A stretch of DNA of 64,000 nucleotides from Torpedo marmorata (GCA_977017645.1 OZ360220.1:212412001-212476000), one strand, 5' to 3'; shown: positions 21,631 through 34,399, counted from the first letter of the stretch. Made by a program: numbers and translations. The notes: a model not told the origin generated them from the letters alone.

Positions 21631-24600
21631 TGTGGCGGCCCGCCACCGCGGAGATCGAGCCGGCACATCGCGCGGCGCGCGCGGTAGTAAACAGCGGCAT
21701 AACACACTGTAACACAGTGAACCGGCGTGGTTGAAAGCTGGAGCAGTACAAGACAGCAGCTCTAAAATGGCGCTGGCCAAGCTGCCCAACTAACAGATCA
21801 ATACCAAGCTGGGGAAGAAGGGCATTCATATGGAAGAACGTTCCCGCCCGCAATTGTTATTCATGCGGCTGATGTCAACCAATCAACCAAACGGCGGGAA
21901 CTCCAACTATATAAAAGAAGCATTTCCAGCCTCAATAAAGGAGAGAGCTTAACCTTCCACACTGCGTGTGTGTGTTTCTTCATAGCATTCGGCTACAATT
22001 GGTGACCCCGACGATTTAGATGGCATCTAAACCCAGAGATGGATAGTGAAGCAGCGATCAGCACAGTCGGCCTCAAGCTCCCGACCTTCTAGACAGTTCG
22101 ACCCGGCGTGTGGTTCGACCAGGCTGAGGCTCAGTTCCAGATTCGGGGCATCACAGCTGAAACCACACGGTACAACCATGTGGTCAGCGCCCTGGATCCA
22201 GAGACTGCAGACAGGGTGGCCAACTTCATCCAGAGGCCACCATCAGAAGGCACTTACACTGCTTTCAAAGAGCTATTGACTGAGACCTTCGGGCTCTCGC
22301 GGCGAGAGAGAGGGGCACGGCTGCTCCACCTGGATGGGCAAGGGGACAGATCCCCGTCAGCGCTCATGAACAAAATGCTAGCCCTCCTGGGAGACCACGA
22401 GCCCTGCATCACGTTCGAGCAGGCGTTCTTGGAGCAGCTGCCCAAGGACATCCAACTGCTCCTGGCTGACGTGGATTTCAGCGACCCCTGGAAAGTCGCA
22501 GCACGGGCAGATATTCTGTGGAAGCAGAAACAGAAGTGCTCGACTACCGTGGGGCTCGTCACGAAGTCTCGCAACCAGATCAAGGCAGGCCCTGGAAAGG
22601 AGCGGCAGGGACGAGTCCAAGGAGAGATGGTGCTTCTACAACCAAAGATGGGGCTCCGAGGCCTGCCGATGCCGGTCGCCCTGCGAGTTCCAGGGAAACG
22701 ACAAGGCCAGCCGTCGCTGATGGCCTCGGTGGCTGGCCATCGAGAGAGCCTCCTGTACATATGGGATCGCCTTTCCGGTAGGCGATTCTTGGTGGATACA
22801 GGAGCAGAGGTCAGCGTGATGCCCCCGACAGGTTTGGACACTAGATGCAGGCAAGCGGGCCCCACGTTGAGGGCTGCCAACAACCTATGGCAAGCATAGG
22901 GCCGAGCTGCAGTTCGGAGGCAGTCACTTCTCGTGGGAGTTCACTCTGGCTGCAGTGGAACTGCCACTCCTCGGAGTGGACTTCCTGCGGGCCCACAGCC
23001 TCCGAGTGGACCTCAAGGGCAAGAGACTCGTGCACGCGGAAACATTCCAAACCTTTGCACTGAGGGGCGCCGGGCTCCCGGCATTGCACCTGGACTCCGT
23101 CCACAGCTTGGACGATGAGTTCTCCAAAGTGCTGGCCGAGTTCCTGGCAATCCTTTCCCCTCAGTTCCTTTGTTCGGACGCCTGCCGGCATTTTCTCATA
23201 CTTTGATGAAGGGCTCAAGCCCGAAACGTCGGTTATGTATTTCTACCTTTGCTACATAAAAGACACTGTTTGACCTGCTGAGTTCTCCAGCTTTTGTGTT
23301 TTTTACTTCTAACTACGGTGTCTACAGATTTTCGTGTTTACTTCTCTTTCCCCTCAGTTCGTGGTGGAGGTGCCCCGACACGGCGTCAGGCATCGCATCC
23401 TTACCAAGGGTCCAGCTCTCCACGCAAGGGTGAGACGACTTCCCCCGGAGAAGCTTCAACTGGCCAAGGAGGTGTTCCGCAAGATCAAGGAGTTAGGCAT
23501 CGTTCGGCGGTCGGACAGTCCATGGGCTTCTCCCCTGCACATGGTGCCCAAAGCATCTGGGGGCTGGAGACCATGCGGCAACTACCGCCGGCTTAACGAG
23601 GCCACCACTCCAGATCGTTACCCCGTGCCGCATATCCTGGACTTTGCGGCATACCTGCACGGAGCGACAATCTTCTCCAAAGTGGACTTGGTGCGAGGGT
23701 ACCACCCTGACGACATCGCCAAGACGGCCATCATCACTCCATTCGGGCTGTTCGAGTTCCTGAGGATGCCATTCGGGCTCAAGAACGCGGCACAGACCTT
23801 CCAGCGACTGATGGACGCGGTGGGCCGAGACCTGGACGGCACCTTCGTCTACTTAGACGATATCCTGGTGGCAAGAGGAACCCGGCAGGAACATCTACAA
23901 CACCTCCGAAGCCTCTACAGTCGCCTACGTGAGTTCGGCCTTACTACCAACCTGGGTAAATGCCAGTTCAGGCTGAGCATGATTGACTTCCTGGGCCTTA
24001 GGATTACCAAATGCGGGGCCACGCCACTACCCAGCAAGGTGGAGGATATCCGCAACTTCCCGAGGCCCAGTACGACCAAAGGACTGCAGGAGTTCGTGGG
24101 GATGGTCAACTTTTATCGCAGATTCATCCCCGCAGCTGCTCGTACCATGCGCCCACTCTTCACCCTGATGACCGGCAAGGCAAAGGACTTGACCTGGGAC
24201 GATCACTCCGCACGAGCGTTCGTGGAATCGAAGGAAGCCCTGGATAATGCCGCACTCCTGGCCCACCCCAGATCAGACAGCCCTCACGGTCGATGCCTCA
24301 GGAAGGTCGATTGGTGGAGTTCTGGAGCAGCAGATAGAAGGAAGTTGGCGTCCACTAGCTTTCTTCAGCAAACATCTGCGGCTCCCTAAGCTAACGTACA
24401 GTGCTTTCAACAGAGAGCTACTGGCGCAGTACTTAGCCATCCACCACTTCCGGTACTTCCGAGAGGGAAGGGCTTTCACGGACCACAAGCCACTGACGTT
24501 CGCCCTGGCCAAGATCTCCGATCCCTGGTCAGCCCACCAGTAGAGACACTTGTCTTACGTCTCGGAGTACACCACCGACGTAAGTCACATCTTGGGAAAA

Positions 24601-26295
24601 TACAATGTGGTCACGGACGCCTTGTCGAGACAGAGCATCCACTCTCTGGCTAACGGACTGGATTTCGTGGCACTGGCGGAGGTACAGCAGCAGGACGACG
24701 AGATGCCTCAGTACAGGACTGCCGTCACGGGGCTGCAGCTTCAGAACATCCCAGTCGGCACAGGTAAAACTACCCTCCTGTGCGACGTGGCCACCGGGCA
24801 GGTTCGACCTATTGTCCCAACGGCATGGAGGCGACAAGTTTTCGACTCCATCCACGGGCTGGCACATCCATCAATCAGGACCACAGTCCGGTTGGTGGCC
24901 AGCAAGTACGCATGGCATGGATTGCGGAAACAAGTCAGCGGGTGGGCCAAGACATGCACACAGTGCCAAACAGCCAAGGTACAGTGGAACACCAAGGTCC
25001 CCCCGCAGCCTTTCGAGCCAACGGAGCGAAGGTTTGACCACATTCACATGTACATAGTGGGACCCTTACCAGTCTCACAGGGTTTCCGCTACCTGTTCAC
25101 GGTGGTCAACCGTTTCACCCGGTGGCCAGAAGCAATTCCCCTGGACCACACATCCACCAGGTCCTGCGCCAAGGCACTCGTCTCGTCCTGGGTAGCAAGG
25201 TTCAGGCTACCACGCCATATAACCTCCGACAGAGGCGCACAATTTACCTCCAGCCTGTGGACCGACGTTGCCAACCTGTGGGGCGCTCAGCTACACCACA
25301 CGACAGCATACCACCCGCAGTCTAACGGGCTGGTTGAGCGCTTCCACAGGCACCTCAAGGCCGTCCTTATGACCAGACTCAAGGGCCCCAACTGGGTTGA
25401 CGAACTGCCATGGGCACTGCTGGAGATTCGTACAGCCCCGAAGGAAGACCTCCCCACATCCTCCGCCGAGCTCGTCTACGGAGCTCCACTCATGGTCCCC
25501 GGGGATTTCGTCCCACCGGCCAGAGGTTAACAGGAGGATACAACCACCTTCCTGGACAGGCTATGGGAAAAGGTCGGTAACCTGGCTTCGATCCCACCCT
25601 CCAGACACGGGCAAGCCAAGTTCAACATCTCTAAAGAACTCCAAGACTGTGAGTACGTTTTCGTACGCAGATGGCCACACCGTCCACCGCTACAGAAGCT
25701 CTACGAAGGCCCCTTCCGAGTCGTCCGGAACAACGGGGCTACCTTCGAACTGGACATCGGTGGCAAACCAGAGGTCTTCACCGCAGACAGGCTCAAGCCA
25801 GCACAGACGGACCCAACACAACCCGTGGAGACACCAGCACCTCGGTGAAGAGGCAGACCACCAAAGACATTGGGGACTGCATCCACGGACACTATGAACT
25901 GTAGCACCAGTTCTGGGGGGGTCATGTGGCGGCCCGCCACTGCAGAGATCGAGCCAGCACATCGCGCGGTAGTAAACAGCAGCATAACACACTGTAACGT
26001 GACCCTTATCATAGCAAACCGGCCCGGTTGAAAGCTGGAGCAGTACAAGACCAGCAGCCCTAAAATGGCGCTGGCCAAGCTGCCCAGCTAAAAGATCAAT
26101 ACCAGGCTGGGGAAGAAGGGCATTCATATGCAAGAACGTTCCCGCCCACTGTTGTTATTCATGCGGTTGATGTCAACCAATCAACCAAACGGCGAGAACT
26201 CCAACTGTATAAAAGAAGCATTTCCAGCCTCAATAAAAGAGAGAGCTTAACCTTCCACACTGCGTGTGTGTGTTTCTTCATAGCAGTCGGCTACA
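21631..26295 (+). mobile_element. Full-length, degraded Gypsy LTR retrotransposon (CsRN1-like)
   Basis: LTRs 21631-21997 and 25925-26295 (TG..CA), TSD CCTC, PBS TGGTGACCCCGAC (tRNA-Trp type), G-run PPT. Gag WFDQAEAQF, protease FLVDTGA, RT YLDD, RNase H, integrase HHCC + SDRG..E. Confidence 0.95.
23168..23345 (+). mobile_element. Penelope terminal-repeat fragment, with hammerhead-like motif 23198-23240, inserted into the Gypsy pol
   Basis: Near-identical to the reverse complement of 13180-13320. 15-bp TSD CTTTCCCCTCAGTTC (23153-23167, 23346-23360). Confidence 0.9.
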
Positions 26296-28429
26296 CCTCC
26301 ATATATGGAGGTGTTAAAACAAATAACGGAATCTCATTCTCTCCCGGAAACATTTTCAAATACAATAATAACAGTTATACCTAAAAAAGAAAGAGATATG
26401 TTGAAAACAGAAGCATATAGACCAATTTCATTGTTAAATGTGGATTATAAGATAATGGCGAAAATTTTAGAAAATAGAGTGGCTAAATATTTACCAGATT
26501 TAATCCATGTAGATCAAGCAGGTTTTATTAAGAATAGATATTCAAAAGATAATATTGCCAGATTGATTAGTTTAATAAATGTGGCACAAAAGAAAGAGGA
26601 ATTAGCACTAGTATTAACATTAGATGCCGAAAAGGCTTTTGATAGATTAGAGTGGAATTATTTATTTAAAGTGTTAGAAAAATTTGGTTTTGGAACTACA
26701 TTTATTAATTGGACAAATTTTTGTTGACTAGTTCTATTAGACAAGGATGCCCTTTGTCGCCAGCATTGTTTATTTGAGCAATAGAACCTTTAGCAGAATT
26801 AATTAGACAGGATAAAGTTGGAAAAGAAGAACAGATGATGTATTGATTTACATGACAAAACCTATTAATTCTTTAACACAATTGACTGTTTTATTGAGAG
26901 AATATTGGGAAATATCTGGTTATAAGATTAATTCTGATAAAAGTGAAATTATGGCATTGACACAAGGAGATTATAATAAATGTAAAGAAATTACACAATT
27001 TAAATGGTCAAATAATGGAATTAAATATTTGGGAATAAAAATAGACAGTATAGAATTTCCTATACTGTAGCTAGCGATCGCTTTTTTTAAATTGCTGTGG
27101 CCTTGCTCGTGGTAACTGAATAATTATGGGACCACGGACGTATATGCGGTCGGACGTTGCCCGAACGGATGTTAAGCATACCTGTACACGCATCTGAACT
27201 CATGCATAAAAAAATTGACGCATAGAATGTAAAAGGTTGGCCACCCCTGGCATAGCCAATTTCACCTCCAACGCAATTCATAAATTCACTGATGACACCA
27301 CTGTTGTTGGACGAATAATGGGAAATTATGTCATAATGCAGGATGGAGATCAAGAATCTGGTTGGGTGATGCCAGAACAAATATTCTTGCTCTTAATATC
27401 AACAAGACCAAGGAGATTATTGTGGATTTTAGGAAGGGGAGGCCAAGTGACCACACACCTGTCCGCATTGATGGGACAGAGGCAGAGAGTCCACATATCA
27501 GTGGATCTTTCCTACAGCTTGCATATCCAGGCAACTGTGAATAATGCCAACCAACACCTCTAGTTTCTAAGATGTCTGAGGAGATTTGGTATGTCATCGA
27601 GTACTCTATTCAACTTCCACCAATGTACCGTGGAAAGAATACTAAGTGGTTGCATCACATCTCGGTTTGGTAATTCGAGTGCCCAGGAATGCCGAAGGCT
27701 GCAGAAGGTAGCAAACAAGGCCAAGTCCATCATGGGGTCCCACCTCCCATCCACTGAAGGATGAAAGACGCCACCTCAAGAAAACAGCCCACATTATAAA
27801 GAACCCCCCATCAGCTTGGTCACAAGGTCTTCTTGCTGCTGCTACCTTTGGGAAGAAGGTACAGAAGCCTGAGGTCCAGCACATCTGGGTCCGAAAATAG
27901 GTTTTCTCCAATGGCTATCAGGCTCTTGAACTTCTTCTTACTACCCCAACCATAAACTCATCCAACACCATAAAAAGACTTGTCTGCACTACTGAAACAC
28001 CTTTATCATGTACTTTTGTAACTATTATTTAATGTGTATCATTTACATTTATTATCTTTCTGTACAGTAAATTAATGTATACCAATGAAGTTTTTATTTC
28101 ACATATTACCTGTTTAGCTGCAGCAAGTAAGTATTTTGATGCAGATGTACACTGTATATATGTGTACGACAATAAATTCATTGTCATTATTATTCACTGT
28201 GTTGTGTGCATGTGATTTCTGCAAAATTGAACACTAAGTGGCTTTCTCAATGGAGACTGTGACTGAACAATGTTTCCTTGCATGGCGAAGTTCTTGGTGT
28301 CACTGTACACTGGTATTCACTCGTATCTTCAACGTGGGAAGAGGGTGGAAGCAGGCTTTCCAGCAGCATACAAATGTTGAGAGTAATTTCTGTATTTCAA
28401 CACCTCCTCAGAGAGGGCTGTGAAGGAAC

Positions 28430-30070
28430 AAGACTCCTTTAAGGCTGAAGCAACTCCAAAACTGTGGAGGAGCACATGGAAGCTCAGGAGTTCAGGGGAA
28501 GGAACAGTGGTATCCTGGAGCATATCAACATTACCAGGAAGAAGGTGTTGAAGACTTTGAAACATACAAAGGTGGATAAATCTCCAGGGTCTAACCAAGT
28601 GTATCCTATATTATTATGGGAAGTAAGAAAAGATTGCTGGGATCCTTCATTTGTATCTTTGTTAGCCACAAGTGAGGTACTGAAAGAATGGAGGATAGCT
28701 AATGTTGTGCCTTTATTAAAGAAAGTAATTGAACTGCAGGCCAATGAGTCTTATAGCAGTGGTAGGAAAATTACTGGAAGCCATTCAGAATCAGGATTTA
28801 TTTGCATTTGGAAAGGCAAGGATTGATTATGGATAGTCAATTATGACATTGTGCATGAGAAATCATGGCACTTAAATTAATTTGAGGTTTTTGAAGAGGT
28901 GAGCAAGAGGAATAATGAGGGCAGGGCAGGAGATGTTCTCTACATGGACTTTAGCAAGGCCTTCGACAAGGTACCACATGGTAGGCTGTTCCAAAGGGTT
29001 AGAATACATGGGATCCAGGGTGAGCTCACCAATTGGATGCAAAATTGGCTTGGTAGTTGCAGTCAGAGGGTGGTAGCAGAGATTGTTTTTCAGATTGGTG
29101 GTCTGTGACAAGTGAAGTGCCCACAGACTGGTGCTGGGTCCTCTGTTCTTTGTAATATATGTAAATGATCTGGATGACAACATAAGTGGCATGTTGAGTA
29201 TGTTTGCGGATAGCAACAAAATGGGTCATGTAGTGGACAGTGAAGAAGGTTACCTAAGGTAACAACAGCATATGGATCAACTGGGAAAGTGGTCAAGGGA
29301 ATGGCAGATGGAATTTAATTCAGACATGTGTGAAGTGATGCATTTTTGGAAGTTAAACCAGGGTAGGACCCTGGGAATGTTGTTCAACAGATAGACCGAG
29401 GAGTACAAATATATAGTTCCCTGAAAGTGGTGACACAGATATAGAGGGTGAAGAAGATGTATGACATTCTTACATTCATTGGCTGAAGCACTGAGTACAG
29501 CAATTGGGGCATCAAGAAACAGTTGTACGGAACATTGATTAGACTGTACTTGAGGTATTGCTTGCAGTTCTGGTCACCACACTACACGAAAAATGTGATT
29601 ATGGTAGAGAGAGAGCAGAAATAATTTTCAATGATGTGGCTTAGTTTAGAGGGCTTGAGTATAAGGAGAGGTTGGATAGGGTGGGTCTTTTCCCTGGAGC
29701 AAAGGAGGATGCGTGGTGACATGATAGATGTATACAAAAACTATCAGAGGCACAGGTCGGGAAGAGAGCTAGAGACTGTATCACATGATCAGGGTGTCTA
29801 AAACTAGAGAGCATAGGTTTAAAATGAGAGGAAGGAGGGGATCTAAGGAGTAAGTTCTTCCCACAAAGAGTAGCTGGTGGCTGGAATGAGTGACCAACGG
29901 AGGTGATGCAGGCAGGAACAGTCAAAACTCTCTAGAGTACTGTAAATGGAAAAATACTTGAATGAGCAAGGCTTAGTGTGATAGGGAATTAATTCAGGCA
30001 AGTGGAATTTGCATAGACAGTAGTTGTGGTGGGCCAAAGGGCTTGTTTCTCGGCTGCACTACACCATGAT
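28430..30070 (+). mobile_element. Degraded CR1 ORF2 3' half
   Basis: KVDKSPG, WRIANVVPL, YMDFSKAFDKVPHG, TREH and a CR1-type 3' UTR. Confidence 0.8.
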
Positions 30071-30166
30071 AACTGAATTAGTTTGTGGTGGATTCAAATA
30101 AAATGAATTCTCTGTGGTATACTGAGACTGGACACGTTAAAGAACATTACAGCACAGTACAGGTCC

Positions 30167-30312
30167 GTTGGCACGGTTGGCGTAGAGGTTAGTGCAATGC
30201 CTTTACAGCGCAAGCGATCGGAACCTGGGTTTGAATCCTGTGCTGTCTGAAAGGAGTTTGTACGTTCTCCCCGTGTCTGCATGGGTTTTTCCCAGGGGCT
30301 CTGGTTTCCATG
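30167..30312 (+). mobile_element. V-SINE/HE1-like SINE, 5' part
   Basis: Matches the 15890-16105 copy (GGTTAGTGCAA...GGAGTTTGTACGTTCTCCCCGTGTCTGC). Confidence 0.7.
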
Positions 30313-31090
30313 GGGGACCGTGTCAAATTCCTTACTAAAATCCATATACAACGCATCTACCGCCCTACCTTCATCAATTTCTTTTGTTACTTCCTCCAAA
30401 ATTAGGCTCGTGCGGCATGACCTGCCCTTCACAAATCCATGCTGACTATACCTGAGCAGACTATCTCTAAATGCTTGTTAATCCTGTCCCTAAGAATCCT
30501 CTCCAATAGTTTGCACACCACTGAAGCAAGACTCACTGATCTATAGTATAATTCCCATGATTCTCCCTATTATCTTTTTCAAACAAGGGGACTACATTTG
30601 CCATTCTCCAATCCTATAGTACTTCCCCTGTGGCCACGGAGGATGCAAAGGTCATTGCTGATACCCAGCAATCTCTTCCCTTCATCCGGTCCTGGGGACT
30701 TATCAATCCTGATGTTTTTAAGAAAATCCTGCACATCCTCTTTCTTAACCTCAACAGCGCATAAATTTGTTCTAAACTGACCTCACATTGTCCAAGGTCC
30801 CTCTCTCTGGTGAACACTAAAGCAAAGTATTCATTTCGGACCTCCCCTACCTCCTCTGCATCCAGGCACACATTGCATCCTTTATTTTTAAGCGGCACTA
30901 CCTTCACTCTAGCTATTCTTCTGTTCTTTATGTATGCATAAAACACCTTTCGGCTTTCCTTAATTCTACTTGCCAAGGCCTTCTCATGCCCCCTTCTTGT
31001 TCTCCTAAGTCCTTTCTTTAGTTCCTTCCTGGCTACCATATAATTCTCATGAGCCCTTCCTGATTTTTGCTTTATAAAGCTTAATATGGT
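30313..31090 (-). mobile_element. Degraded CR1 ORF2 fragment
   Basis: RRGHEKALASRIKE..FYAYIK, NEYFALVFT, GRAVDALYMDFSK. Confidence 0.8.
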
Positions 31091-32489
31091 AGGGTGGTTC
31101 CACTCATGGTGTCCAAACTCTAGCCAGTAAATCATGCTTAGCCTATAACCAGATCAGAAGAAGGCTGTTCATTCATACATAACTCCACTCCTGATTCCAC
31201 AAAGCCTTTCATGAGTGTGATGGAAAACATTCCTCTTATCTCAACGAATGCAGCTCCAACAAAGGTCACAAAACTTGTCGCTATCCAAGATAAAGTAGAC
31301 TATTTGATCGACACTCCAACTACCAGTGCAAGTATTCACTCTAGAAAAATACGTTGCCTCCCAGGTGCCTGGGTGAAAGATGTCACAGAAGAGAGCATTC
31401 GTATCATGTTGCCACTTGGCTTTTCAAAACTGTCTTGCCATTCATTATGATCATAGCTGATACGTCCCAGGACACTTACGTGTTAATTCTCCATGGTTCT
31501 CAATTCCATGATCATTAAAAAAATGTATCTACTTCCTCTTTACATACCTCCAATGATTCAGTCTCCACAACCCTTAAGGGCACAGATTCTTAAGATTCAC
31601 CACCCTTTGAAAGAAGATTTCATGCACTTTACTTTCAAATAACCAACACCTAATCTTGTAACTATCTTGCTACATTTGCTATTCTCTCACTAATAGAAAC
31701 ACCTCAACGTCTCCCCTGTTCTGTCCCCAAAAGATCCAATATGTTTAAAGTATATAACCTCTCATTCATCTAAATTCCAAAAAATATAGATTTAATTTCT
31801 ATAACTGCTCATTTAGGACGATATTCTCACTCCAGGAACTAGCCGAGTGAATCTCTTGTGGACGGCCTTCAATGCCAGCGTATGATTTTTTAAATAAGAG
31901 AGAGAAAAAATTTATTGTCATAGAAACACTGTAATTCTTACTTGCTGCAGCCACACAGGTAAGATACACCAAGAACAATAGTATAAATTAAATTACCACA
32001 ATATGCTATGAGACAAAAAATAATAAATATAAGAGGAGAGAGAAGAAAGTATTCACAGTTGCAGTTATTGAAAAAAATTTCAATATTGGTGACAGTTGTT
32101 TTGGTGGTCCTGGAGTGGTTTATGGTTAAGGTAGTTTAGGGAGGTTCATGAGCCTGATAGCTGTTGGAAAATAGCTGTTCTTTAGCCTAGAGGTGCTTTT
32201 TTGTTTCGCATGGACACAATGTATCTTTGTGCCATACATTTCCATGATTCAGTGATTCCTTCCACCCTAGTGGCTGAAGCATGTACTGCAGTACTCTCCC
32301 AGGCTGGCTTGAACAGCCCTGACTTCTCATGACCCATACCATCAAGGGCAAGGGCAAGGACACCACTACCTGTCGACTGTCTTACAAGTCACAATCTACT
32401 TTGAACTGGAATTATACCGCTGATCCTTCATCATCACTAATCCTAGAACTTCCACCCACAACAGTACATGGGAACGCCTTCATCAGAGA

Positions 32490-33395
32490 TGGCACAGTTG
32501 TATAGTCACTGCCTCATGATGTCAGAGACTCGAGATCAGTCCTGATCTTGGCTGATGTCTGTCTGGAGTTTGCACATTCTCTCTGTGACTGCATGGGTTT
32601 CCATCAGGCACTAGTTTCCTCCTATATCCTAAAAATGTGCTTTATGGTAGATTACATTTATGAATTTAAATTTAGACATACAGCACGGTAACAGCCCATT
32701 TCAGCCCACGAGTCCGTGCCGCCCAATTTACACCCAATTAAACTAAACCCCCGCTACGTTTCAAATGGTGGGAGGAAACCGGAGCCCCCGGGGAAAACTC
32801 ACGCAGACATGGGGAGAATGTACAAACTCCTTACAGACATCGTGGGATTCAAACCCCGGTCCTGATCGCATGCGGTGTAAAGGTGTTGCGCTAACCGCTA
32901 CACCGTGCCACCCAAATTAATTGGCCACTGCAAATTGCTCCTCCTATAGAGGTGAATGACAGAATCTGGTGAGAGCTGATAGAATGTAGACAGGATGAGA
33001 TTAATGTAGAATGTGTAAATGGATGGTTGACAGTCAGCATGACCCTAAAGGGCTGAAAGGCTCTGTTTTAGTGCTGTATCTCTACGACTCTATGAGGACA
33101 ACAATGGTTCTGAAAAGTGTCTCACCACTATCTTCTCAAGGAGATTTAGGGATAATTTATTTTTTAGACATACAGCATGGTAACAGGCCATTTCAGCCCA
33201 TGAGTCCATGCCGCCCAATTTACACCCAATTAACCTACACCCCCGGTACGTTTTGAATGGTGGGAGGAAACCGGAGCCCCCGGGCAAAACCCACGCAGAC
33301 ACAGGGGGAATGTACAAACAGCCCGGGATTCGAACCCCAGTCCTGGTCGCTGGTGCTGTAACAGCGTTGCGTTAACCGCTATGGTAACCATGCCG
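32490..33395. mobile_element. Cluster of V-SINE/HE1-like SINEs: old plus-strand copy about 32490-33090, interrupted by a minus-strand copy 32664-32912; second minus-strand copy 33160-33395
   Basis: Both minus-strand copies are reverse complements of the 15890-16105 SINE. The older copy retains GGAGTTTGCACATTCTCTCTGTGACTGCATGGGTTTCC. Confidence 0.7.
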
Positions 33396-33489
33396 CAATG
33401 CAAGAATTGCCTACCATTTAAGCCCCTCAGCCTGTCCTCCCTACAGTGAGATTGTGATGACTATTTTCTGAACTTGATCTGGTCTTCAG

Positions 33490-33532
33490 ACACTGTTTGA
33501 CCTGCTGAGTTCTCCAGCTTTTGTGTTTTTTA
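33490..33532 (+). mobile_element. 43-bp Penelope terminal micro-insertion
   Basis: ACACTGTTTGACCTGCTGAGTTCTCCAGCTTTTGTGTTTTTTA is identical to 23263-23305. 11-bp TSD CTGGTCTTCAG (33479-33489, 33533-33543). Confidence 0.85.
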
Positions 33533-34399
33533 CTGGTCTTCAGCTCTACTGGCTGGGCCAAAGTCAACTGATAACAGGTTCAAAATCCTTAAATGAGCTA
33601 ACATTTAGTACTCTCGGTAGGAATGAACTCTACACTACATTCACCCTTTGTGTAAAGGAGTGTATTCTAGCTTCAGCCCCATCTAGCCTTATTTAAGGTC
33701 ATGTCCTCTTGCCTGAGATTCCTCTGCTATTTGGAAAAGTTTCTATCTATCCAATCAAAGAGCTCCAAAAATCCAGCCTGTGAAGCCAAGGGAACTGAGA
33801 CACCAGCTGTACTTCGACTTTTTTTTTAAAAAAATTGCTCTTTGGAGCTGTCTCAATATTATGGACTGAGGGCTTTGTTTCTGCTTGATAAATAAATTCT
33901 TCTGAAGAACATCTGGCAGTATGTGCAGCTTGAGGTTTACACAAACCAGTGGAAACACTGATGTAAGTGTTAAATGTGGTTTGTGAGGATCCAGGGGTAC
34001 TGGTGACTGCCAAAGGGTCCAATCTGTGTCACACGAGAGCCTGAGGGCATAAAACTATCACTCAGAGCTAGGATGCCATCTTTATTTGGACAATAGAGGA
34101 ATTACAGTTGGAAAATCTCAGCAGGTCACACAGCAGCTGGGGAAAGAGAAATGTGGTTAATGTTTCAGTTCAAATGTCCTTTCTTGGGATGCTATTCAAA
34201 CATAGGGTCTATGCCCTGAGGTTATAATTCTGTTCCTCTTTACTCAGATGCTGCCTGACCTGTGAAGTGTTTCCAGCATTTTCTGTTTATATTTCAGATT
34301 TCCATTGTGACTCCATGCATTATTTCTTAAGGGAACCTATTGTCTCCCTAATTAACCCTTCGCTCTTCATATAATTACAAAATCTCTTCGGATTGTCTG

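Larger units (their letters stand above)
18152..27044 (-). mobile_element. L1-clade LINE with a 5' inversion: 3' arm on the minus strand (18152-about 19875); inverted APE-RT arm on the plus strand (about 19876-27044, interrupted)
   Basis: 17-bp TSD ACAGTATA(C/G)AATTTCCT (18135-18151, 27045-27061). Motifs GGDFN, SRID, SDH, YRPISLLNVD, DAEKAFD, IKYLGI; C-terminal C.RC..H..W.C. Confidence 0.85.
17704..27249. mobile_element. Non-autonomous hAT DNA transposon expanded to 9.5 kb by nested retroelements
   Basis: TIRs CAGGGATGGCCAACC and GGTTGGCCACCCCTG (14/15 match). Perfect 8-bp TSD GCATAGCC (17696-17703, 27250-27257). Confidence 0.9.
17625..28190 (+). mobile_element. Degraded Rex1/Babar LINE 3' fragment (17625-17703 + 27258-28190) split by the hAT insertion
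   Basis: Joined frame reads QGCVVSPLLYSLYSHDCIA|[18 protein letters not shown]. Downstream LNINKTKEIIVDFR; tail ends GACAATAAA. Confidence 0.8.
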
